From Minisyncoccota bacterium (GTDB lineage Bacteria; Patescibacteriota; Minisyncoccia; Phycocordibacterales; UBA918): a stretch of DNA of 64,000 nucleotides. The notes under the pieces were generated by a model. The model had not been told where the DNA came from. It saw only the letters and a program-made list of their open reading frames with translations, and did no database searches. The DNA is taken from the NCBI GenBank assembly GCA_041389005.1, contig JAWKSR010000001.1, forward strand, positions 38,465 through 102,464, given 5' to 3'. Every line of letters begins with the position of its first letter. The first letter of the stretch is position 1. The position numbers were made by a program, and so were the translations under genes. Of this stretch, positions 28,580-36,067 are shown piece by piece.

Positions 28580-31573
28580 TTGGTCACCGCAAACGGTACT
28601 GACGTACGCTTCTGGAACAGCTCTTTTGCCTCTACTTCACTACCCGGCACTTCCTCAATATACTCACAAGACCATGCTGCGGTTGACGGTAGTCTCTATG
28701 TGTATGGTAACTTCATTAATGGAACCACAACTGAGTATTGGAATTATGCTAACGATTTTGATGGCTCCGTACTGACTGGCGGCTCTCGCCGTGCTGTCAC
28801 CGTCTCATTTGCCACTAGTACTGCGAGTACGCTCACCATGTCGGGCGGTGTCTTGCAATTGCTCGGTGATAGCACTGCCACCACCACCGTACAAAGTGTT
28901 GGCAATGGAACCTATGTTATGACGGTAACAGGCGGTGTCTTTAACGCGGACGAATACGCTTTCCGTGATCTGGCGAGCGGCGGGTTAACGTTTACTGGCA
29001 CACCGACTATAACGTCACTCTCAAATGGTGATTTTGAACAGACAGCAGATAGCGTCACCTTGATTACGCTGGCTTCTACAACCTTAGATACCAACGCTTC
29101 ATTGATTATCGATGGCATGCGCTTTGCTAACGGAGGATTCGTCAGCGGCACTAATGTCGCACTTGATGCTACGACAACAAACAGTTGGAGTTTTACAAAC
29201 CATCGCGGCAATATCGCGGGTGAAGACTATGACGCTGACGGGACTGATGAGTGTAGCTCCCTGCGTTGGGAGGACAGTCAGTGTTTGCTAACTGAGCAGA
29301 CTCATTACCGCTGGCGTAACGATGATGGAGGGGAAGGAGCTCCAGATAGTAGTTGGTATGATACCAACTGGAGTGCCCGCCAACGCGTTCGAATTATCAA
29401 CGATGACGCTACTGCGTATGCGAGCACTGCCGTCAAAATGACGGTGGCATATGACGCAGATATGCAATCTGACTTTGAAGATTTACGCTTTACCGATAGC
29501 ACCGGCACAACAACTATTCCGTTCTGGGTAGAACGCTTCAGTACTGGTGTCTCAGCTCAGGTGTGGGTACAAACTCCACTGGTTGCTGAAGATGTAACTG
29601 AGGTGTTTATGTACTACGGAAATGTGACCGCTACGAGTACCAGTGATGTGAGCTTAGTGTTTGATGTGTATGACGACTTTGAGGATGGTGATGACATTGA
29701 ATATGCTGGCGATATCGGACTCTTTTCACAAGATGGTGACTTTGCTTACGGTGGAGGATATGGCGTTGACACCGAAGGTTTTGTATCCAATCGTGCCACT
29801 GACGGTATGTTCCGTACTGATCAAACTATCAGTCAAGGGCAGATTATTCGCTACCTACATTATGTCGATACGACAGCTGGAGCGGCAGACGAAGCGTGTG
29901 TACTCTTTGGTGTTCAATCACCAGGAACCGACAATAATAACTATGGTGTGTGTCTCGAGTTGTTCTTAACTGACCGCATGAGCCTCGTTAAAGATGCTGA
30001 AAGTACCGACTCTTACGGAGGGGTGAGCATACTCGCTTCTACAACAGTCTCATACACAACCGGCTGGTATGAAGTGGAAGTAGATTGGCGTACTGATAAT
30101 TCAATCTTTGTATCACTATTTGATGGCAGTGGTTCTCTAGTGGCTACCACCTCCGCCAGTGATGCTAGCTACACATCAGGTGGCTATGGCTTCACGTATT
30201 GGGGCTTTAATGGTGGTTGGGACTCCTTTACCGCTCGAAACCGCACTGACAGTACACCAGCAGTCTACTTCGGTGCAGAGCAGGGGGATGGCGGAGCTAC
30301 GTGGGCAGCTCCTCAAGACACTGCCATCGGTGGCTTTGTCTTTGGTGAGACTGCTCGTTTGCGTATTGCAATTGAAAATTCAGGTTTAGATATCGAAAAT
30401 CAACAATTCCAATTAGAATTTGCACCAAAGCTGACAGCACCTACCTGTCAGGCGGTCAGTGGTGGCAGCTTCAGTGCTGTCCCGACAGCAGCGGGTTGTG
30501 GTTCTTCCGCTGTCTGTATGACCGCTTCTACTACGGTGAGCAATGGGGATCCGACAACCGATCATTTGGCAGTGACTGGTGGGGACTTCGTAGCGGGTGA
30601 AATAATCGAGGGAGCTTCAAATCAAACTGGGTCACTCGACATAAATCAGAATCAGTACACTGAACTTGAATACGCGATCAATCTGACCGCCAATGCAACC
30701 AATGACGCTTATTGTTTCCGAGTCACTGATGGCGGTAGTGTTCTTGACTCTTACGCTCGGTTACCTGAATTGACTTTAGCCTTCGATCCAATTGTGAGTG
30801 GAGTAACACTGAACAATGGCGCTGACATAAACCTTACTCTTGGTACTACCACACGAGTGTATGCCACTGGTACCGTGACTGACTTTAACGGATACGCTGA
30901 TCTCTCAACTGCCACCGCAACTATCTATCGTAGTGGTGCCGGCGCTGCGTGTAGTGCGGACAATAATAATTGTTATATCAGTGCTGGTGCACCACAATGT
31001 ACGTTTACGGGTTGTGCTGGATCGAGCTGTACACTTTCGTGTTATGCAGACATTTACTACCATGCTGACCCGACTGATTCTGGCAGTGCGTTTGATGGGC
31101 AAGAGTGGTTAGCGTATGTCGAGGTTGAAGATATGAGTGGTGGGTATGATTTTGGTTCTGCTCTCGGTGTGGAGATGATGACGCTCCGAGCCCTTGAGGT
31201 AGATACGACCATCAACTACGGTACGCTCGATGTTAACCAAAACAGTGGCTCTACCAATGCTGATACCACGTTGTATAACCTAGGAAATGAAGCCATAGAC
31301 GTGCGTATCGCCGGAACTGATATGACAGATGGAGCGGCGTCTGTAATTGATGCCAGCGAACAAGTATTTGCCACGAGTACGTTTGACTATGAAACCTGCA
31401 CCAACTGTAGTTCACTGTCAGTGCTTGGTAGTGATCTAGAAGTTGACTTGACTAAACCGGCTACTACAAGCCCACCGGTAACCGATGAAGTGTATTGGGG
31501 AATTAATATTCCATTTGGCACAGCTTCAAAACCACACACCGGTAACAACACCTTTATGGCAATTGGAGATTAA
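28580..31573 (+). CDS. giant protein C-terminal fragment (997 aa): classical DUF2341-like segment, ConA-like domain, YCFR-type module, C-terminal domain shared with 36068-37927
   Basis: HYRWRNDDGGEG; NWSARQRVRIIND..FEDLRFTDSTGTTTIPFWVE..VWVQTPLVAEDVTEVFMYYGN; ARLRIAIENSG..FQLEFAP..ELEYAINLTANATNDAYCFRVTDGG. Cys-rich domain ends VYWGINIPFGTASKPHTGNNTFMAIGD. TAA stop, then a hairpin. Confidence 0.85.
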   Translation: MVTANGTDVRFWNSSFASTSLPGTSSIYSQDHAAVDGSLYVYGNFINGTTTEYWNYANDFDGSVLTGGSRRAVTVSFATSTASTLTMSGGVLQLLGDSTATTTVQSVGNGTYVMTVTGGVFNADEYAFRDLASGGLTFTGTPTITSLSNGDFEQTADSVTLITLASTTLDTNASLIIDGMRFANGGFVSGTNVALDATTTNSWSFTNHRGNIAGEDYDADGTDECSSLRWEDSQCLLTEQTHYRWRNDDGGEGAPDSSWYDTNWSARQRVRIINDDATAYASTAVKMTVAYDADMQSDFEDLRFTDSTGTTTIPFWVERFSTGVSAQVWVQTPLVAEDVTEVFMYYGNVTATSTSDVSLVFDVYDDFEDGDDIEYAGDIGLFSQDGDFAYGGGYGVDTEGFVSNRATDGMFRTDQTISQGQIIRYLHYVDTTAGAADEACVLFGVQSPGTDNNNYGVCLELFLTDRMSLVKDAESTDSYGGVSILASTTVSYTTGWYEVEVDWRTDNSIFVSLFDGSGSLVATTSASDASYTSGGYGFTYWGFNGGWDSFTARNRTDSTPAVYFGAEQGDGGATWAAPQDTAIGGFVFGETARLRIAIENSGLDIENQQFQLEFAPKLTAPTCQAVSGGSFSAVPTAAGCGSSAVCMTASTTVSNGDPTTDHLAVTGGDFVAGEIIEGASNQTGSLDINQNQYTELEYAINLTANATNDAYCFRVTDGGSVLDSYARLPELTLAFDPIVSGVTLNNGADINLTLGTTTRVYATGTVTDFNGYADLSTATATIYRSGAGAACSADNNNCYISAGAPQCTFTGCAGSSCTLSCYADIYYHADPTDSGSAFDGQEWLAYVEVEDMSGGYDFGSALGVEMMTLRALEVDTTINYGTLDVNQNSGSTNADTTLYNLGNEAIDVRIAGTDMTDGAASVIDASEQVFATSTFDYETCTNCSSLSVLGSDLEVDLTKPATTSPPVTDEVYWGINIPFGTASKPHTGNNTFMAIGD

Positions 31574-31591
31574 CGAGCCTGGCGGCTCGTT
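31572..31591 (+). terminator. 8-bp stem-loop overlapping the stop codon of the giant gene
   Basis: AACGAGCC-TGGC-GGCTCGTT. No strong U-run follows. Confidence 0.45.
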
Positions 31592-31595
31592 ATCT

Positions 31596-31687
31596 CCGGT
31601 CCTGCCGAGAGGCAGGAATTCCCGATGCCGTCTCGGCGAGGGAATAGGTGGGACCCAGTATTAAACGAAGATACTCTTGCCCAGAAG
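31596..31687 (+). repeat. intergenic repeat element, copy A (structured; two hairpins)
   Basis: About 90% identical by manual alignment to 40104-40195. Contains CCTGCC-GAGA-GGCAGG and ATTCCC..GCCG-TCT-CGGC..GGGAAT. Its 3' part, AAACGAAG.TACTCTTGCCCAGA.GA..TTCT.CCTCACA, recurs at 57858-57900. Confidence 0.75.
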
Positions 31688-31833
31688 ATTTTCTACCTCA
31701 CAGAATGTGCCTTTTTCTATATTTAATGAAAGGCACCCCAAGCTTAACTCGCTTATTTCACCGCAGACTCCTTCACCTGTTTGGGATAACCAACCCACAT
31801 CACTAAAACCTGAATGATAAAATATTAATAAAT

Positions 31834-33327
31834 ATGTGTACCCGGTTTGTAGCAGCCGTTGTGGCGTTTTCTGTTGTGGGTTTGACCACGTTTCCAACAG
31901 TGGCTTTTGCTGATACTGACGCACCCGTCATTAGCGATGTCGAAGTGACTAAAGACAGCTCTGATACCATTACAGTTACTTGGACAACTGATGAGGAGGC
32001 TGATTCCCTCATTAACTATGGTCTCAAAGAAGATTATGGGATTGTGCGTGATCCGGTGACTGATAAGACGAGTCACTCGATCACACTTGAAAATCTTGAA
32101 GCGGGACGAACGTACTATTTTCGGGTTGTCTCTTCTGATGAAAGTGGGAACCAAGGTATCTCCGCTGACTACAAAGTGCAGCTAGATACCGCTCCAACTC
32201 AAGATGGTACGGGAGTTGGTCCGGGACAAACCAATAACCAGACGGAAAGTGAGACACAGACTGAAAGTCAAACCACTCAAGAGATTGTCGAAAAAATTCA
32301 GCAAATAACAAACCCGCAGCAGATTAAAGAGATCCAAAACGAACTTATCAAAGCAGTGGAAGGCATCACGGAGGACCTCACTATTGTTGGTCCACCAACC
32401 GTTATTCCAGAAACCATTACCGCTATTGTTAAGTGGACAACTGACCGACCAGCTAGTTCTGAGGTTCAGTTTTCTTCCGTTGATCAATACACACCTGGGC
32501 AATACGCTTTCTCACAACAGGGAACGGGAGCTGACGCAACTGAGCATGAAGTACAACTCATTGGTCTTGAGCCGTTTACTGAATATCATTTTAGAGTACG
32601 CTCTACCGATGAATACGGTATAACAGGCGAGAGTCGCGATTTCACCTTTACCACCAAAGCGTCGTTGCCAGAAATTCGTAATCTCCGCATTGTAAAGGTA
32701 GAAGAGAATGCAGCTACTCTTGCCTGGGATACCACCGTACCCGCCAAGGCAACTATTGAATATCAAGACCTCACCACCGGAGAGAAGAATTCCAAAGGAC
32801 GCCCAACCTTAGCATCTACTCACCAAATGCGAATAGCTGATCTTACGCTTGGTACTCGCTATGTTGCTTTTGTTATTGCTGAAAATGCCGGCGGTGACCG
32901 AGTCAAGAGCCAACCGATCACATTTATTACAGTGCGCGATACCTCGCCACCGATTATTTCTAATGTAACCAACGAATCAACATTGTTTCCTGGTAGTGAG
33001 TCACGAATCCAAACTATCGTAGAGTGGGCGACTGATGAAGCTGCTTTCTGTCGGATGTCATATCGGGAAGGAGTAGCCAGTGGTGTTGATCCAATCACCA
33101 TTGAACCAGAACAGATCAATTATACTGAGAAGCACGTAGAAGTGATTGTAGATTTTGCTCCGGCAACGGTGTATCAATTTTGGTTGAATTGTGAAGACGA
33201 GGCAGGGAATGGTGTCCAGTCAGAGAATTTTGTGCTTTTCACGCCGATTCAAGAAAAAAACATTATCGATCTTATCCTTGAGAACTTTGAAAGCACCTTC
33301 GGCTGGGTTAAGAATATTAGTGGGTAG
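31834..33327 (+). CDS. secreted protein with four FN3-like (purple-acid-phosphatase-N-like) repeats
   Basis: Intact 497-aa ORF; signal peptide ends in VAFA. Repeats such as PVISDVEVTKDSSDTITVTWTTDEEADSLINYG..HSITLENLEAGRTYYFRVVSSDESGN and TAIVKWTTDRPASSEVQF..HEVQLIGLEPFTEYHFRVRSTDEYG. Confidence 0.8.
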   Translation: MCTRFVAAVVAFSVVGLTTFPTVAFADTDAPVISDVEVTKDSSDTITVTWTTDEEADSLINYGLKEDYGIVRDPVTDKTSHSITLENLEAGRTYYFRVVSSDESGNQGISADYKVQLDTAPTQDGTGVGPGQTNNQTESETQTESQTTQEIVEKIQQITNPQQIKEIQNELIKAVEGITEDLTIVGPPTVIPETITAIVKWTTDRPASSEVQFSSVDQYTPGQYAFSQQGTGADATEHEVQLIGLEPFTEYHFRVRSTDEYGITGESRDFTFTTKASLPEIRNLRIVKVEENAATLAWDTTVPAKATIEYQDLTTGEKNSKGRPTLASTHQMRIADLTLGTRYVAFVIAENAGGDRVKSQPITFITVRDTSPPIISNVTNESTLFPGSESRIQTIVEWATDEAAFCRMSYREGVASGVDPITIEPEQINYTEKHVEVIVDFAPATVYQFWLNCEDEAGNGVQSENFVLFTPIQEKNIIDLILENFESTFGWVKNISG

Positions 33328-33329
33328 TT

Positions 33330-34637
33330 ATGGCAAAACCTCTTATCATCGCTCGAGATCTCGAGATCATATATAACAAAGGAAAGAGCAACGAGTTCAA
33401 GGCGCTGACTGGCGTTAATACTGATATCTATGAAGGGGAGTACATTATCCTCTTTGGAGCATCGGGGTCAGGTAAGTCTACGCTGATGTATTCCATCCAG
33501 GGTTCATTACCACCGGGGAATGGTACGTTATTGATTCGTGGTGATGATATTTACAGTTATCCCCCAGAAGAACGTGTCTACTTTCAGCGACACGTCATGG
33601 GAATCATCTTCCAGCAATTTAACTTAATCCCATCACTAACTGTTTTGGACAACGTAGCGCTCCCCATGATCTTTTGTGACGCTGATAAGAAGACCCGTGA
33701 TCGGCGCGCTCAGTCTTTGCTCGATCGCTTTGGTGTCGGTATGGTTTCTCACAAGATTCCGGCCATGCTTTCTGGTGGTCAGCAACAGCGCGTTTCAGTA
33801 GCGCGTTCAATGGTAAACGATCCAAAGATTCTGTTGGCTGATGAGCCAACTGGTAACCTCGACTCTGTCTCAACGCAACAAGTTATGGATAAGATAGATG
33901 AGATTAATACATTTGACCGGCGTACTATTATTATGGTGTCTCATAACGCTGCCCATCTTTCTTATGCTCATCGCGTGTACTATCTTAAAGACGGACGCAT
34001 TGTGCGCGAAGTTGTGAACCCGCAGCGTAAGCAGATTAAGCCGGTCAAAGAAGGGGAGACCATTGTGACAGAATTAGAGCAGTTGGCTCGTTTGTTCCCG
34101 TATGATTCGATTGAGACTCTGCGGGTAAAAAGCTTGACTAATTATCTGACCCAAGATTACACGTATGATCAGCTTATACGGCTCGAGCGGTCACTGCGCT
34201 TTTTGATTACCGGTAAGGTAGACAGGCGAGCCTTTATCCGTTCCTTAATCTTACCGTACGAAGAAGGGGGAGTTGGAGTCGACCAAAAGACCGCTAAAGA
34301 AATGGCCGCCCGATCTACACGGATTATCGACCAGGCGGATGATATCAGGCGGTATCGTGCTCGCCCAGAAAATGACAAGATGTTCTTCAACCAACACCAT
34401 TTTGCAGAACGGATGCAGGAGCATTTACTGAAGACTTTTCACATGAAGCTGAAGAAGGCACAAGATGAGAATCTGATTGAATTGATTGCCGATCGAGTGA
34501 CTGGTGTGGCGAGTGATGACGAATTTAATGAGCGACTTATGAAAGGTGTCACTGTCGGAGGTTTAGGTTTGGCAGAAAAGCAAGCTGACGAATTAACACG
34601 CTATTTTGAAAAACTTATGCCCAGGGTGTGGATGTAA
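33330..34637 (+). CDS. ABC transporter ATP-binding protein (MacB/LolD/FtsE-like) with ~200-aa C-terminal extension
   Basis: Walker A GASGSGKSTLM, Q-loop, signature LSGGQQQRVSVARS, Walker B ILLADEPTGNLD, H-loop VSHN. The ATG lies 2 nt after the upstream stop. Residues ~225-435 are an unassigned helical extension. Confidence 0.9.
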   Translation: MAKPLIIARDLEIIYNKGKSNEFKALTGVNTDIYEGEYIILFGASGSGKSTLMYSIQGSLPPGNGTLLIRGDDIYSYPPEERVYFQRHVMGIIFQQFNLIPSLTVLDNVALPMIFCDADKKTRDRRAQSLLDRFGVGMVSHKIPAMLSGGQQQRVSVARSMVNDPKILLADEPTGNLDSVSTQQVMDKIDEINTFDRRTIIMVSHNAAHLSYAHRVYYLKDGRIVREVVNPQRKQIKPVKEGETIVTELEQLARLFPYDSIETLRVKSLTNYLTQDYTYDQLIRLERSLRFLITGKVDRRAFIRSLILPYEEGGVGVDQKTAKEMAARSTRIIDQADDIRRYRARPENDKMFFNQHHFAERMQEHLLKTFHMKLKKAQDENLIELIADRVTGVASDDEFNERLMKGVTVGGLGLAEKQADELTRYFEKLMPRVWM

Positions 34638-34675
34638 GCTACAAAAGCTAATTAATGTATAGATAATATAAAAGT

Positions 34676-35881
34676 ATGCGTACACAAGACCTAGGACAAC
34701 TATCGACTCGAGCATTTAAGACCAATCCAATGCGTACCTGGTTGACCATTCTTGGTATGGGTGTTGGAACTGGCGCGGTCGTGGTCTTGGTAGGTTTAGG
34801 TTTTGGTCTGCAACAGATAATCTTGGAGCAGATTGTCTTTGGAGACCTTGCTTTCTTTGGGTGTTACCGCCACTGGCGCCCAGAATTTAAAGCTTACCCC
34901 AGAAACAGTCGAGCGGTTTGAACAACATGAAAATGTTCTTGATGCGGCACCGTTGGCTCGCTTCCCGGCTTTAATCACCTTCAAGGGTCTGACTGGGAAT
35001 GTATTCATTCAGGGAGTCGAGCCGCCGTACATTCGCTACGCTGGTATTACGGCGACTGCCGGGAGGTCTTTACTGACGATGATGCGGGAGATGAGAACAC
35101 CGTTATGCTTTCACCAGCGGTTTTAAAACTCTTTGGTATTGAAGATACAGAATCATTTGTCGGGCAAAAAGTGAGTTTTCGTATTCTAGTGCCACTCGGA
35201 GATGGTAGTGAAGAGGTGAGTGAGGTGATTGTAGACAAAGAATACACTGTCCGGGGTATTACTAAAGAAGAGGGAGTCTTAAATGCACTGATTATGTTAC
35301 CCGAGTTGCGTAATCATGTTGGTATCACTGAGTTTGAGCGTATTCAAGTACGCGTTGATACCAATGAGTCGTTGCCAATTGTCGAGAATGATTTAATCGA
35401 GCAAGGGTATCGGGTCACCGCTCTTTCTAAGACGGTGGAACAAGCTTCTAAAATCTTCCAAGGTGTTCAGATCGTGTTAGCGACCTTCGGTGGCATCGCG
35501 CTCCTGGTGTCCGCCATTGGTATGTTCAACACGATGACCGTGACGTTGCTTGAGCGAACCAAAGAGATTGGTATTATGCGCACCATCGGAGCGTCGCCGT
35601 CTGATATTAAATACCTGTTTGTGTCTGAATCTATTATCGTAGGTTTTTTGGGCGGTCTTTCAGGGATTATTATGGGTGTAGTATTGGGAGTGAGTATCAA
35701 CATCTTGCTCAACGTGGTCGCCAGTCAGTTTGGTGGACAAGCCGTCAAATTATTCTCGTTCCCGCTCACATTTCTGTTTTTTATCGCGCTTTTCTCTGCG
35801 ATCGTAGGATATCTAACGGGTATTTTCCCAGCCCGCCGTGCGTCAGCACTGAATCCGCTTGATGCTATTCGGTACGAATGA
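34676..35881 (+). pseudogene. ABC transporter permease, FtsX/MacB type (two frame breaks)
   Basis: N-terminus RAFKTNPMRTWLTILGMGVGTGAVVVLVGLG (ORF 34676), periplasmic-domain part in ORF 34833, and C-terminus in ORF 35105 (LERTKEIGIMRTIGASPSDIKYLFVSESIIVGFLGGLSGIIMG..PARRASALNPLDAIRYE). The three ORFs overlap end to end. Confidence 0.85.
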
Positions 35882-36067
35882 TGTCTGTGTATTACCCTGT
35901 GTATAACCTGTTCTTAATTAAGAGGGTCTTTTTACGCAAAGAAGAGAGCATCCCCAGTATTTATTGAGTGTTTTACGCTTTATGCGTGGTTTAAGAACTG
36001 TGTATAACTAGCAAAATAGATGGGTTTTTAGGTAAAATTATTCTAAAGCTTAATTTATTAAAATTTT

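Larger units (their letters stand above)
8254..31573 (+). pseudogene. composite giant modular surface protein gene (~23.3 kb, ~7,700 codons) interrupted by about 25 frame breaks; may be intact in vivo
   Basis: Fragments are consecutive and abut or overlap on the + strand. There is a single signal peptide at 8254 and a single terminator hairpin at 31572-31591. Protein sequence continues across every break examined. See the fragment entries below. Confidence 0.65.

Noticed and set aside
8254-31573. Programmed ribosomal frameshifting or transcriptional slippage as a mechanism joining the fragments.
   Set aside because: There are too many sites, in both +1 and -1 directions, with no shared slippery heptamer or downstream structure that I could see. 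The same kind of breaks also hit tgt, FKBP and the ABC permease.
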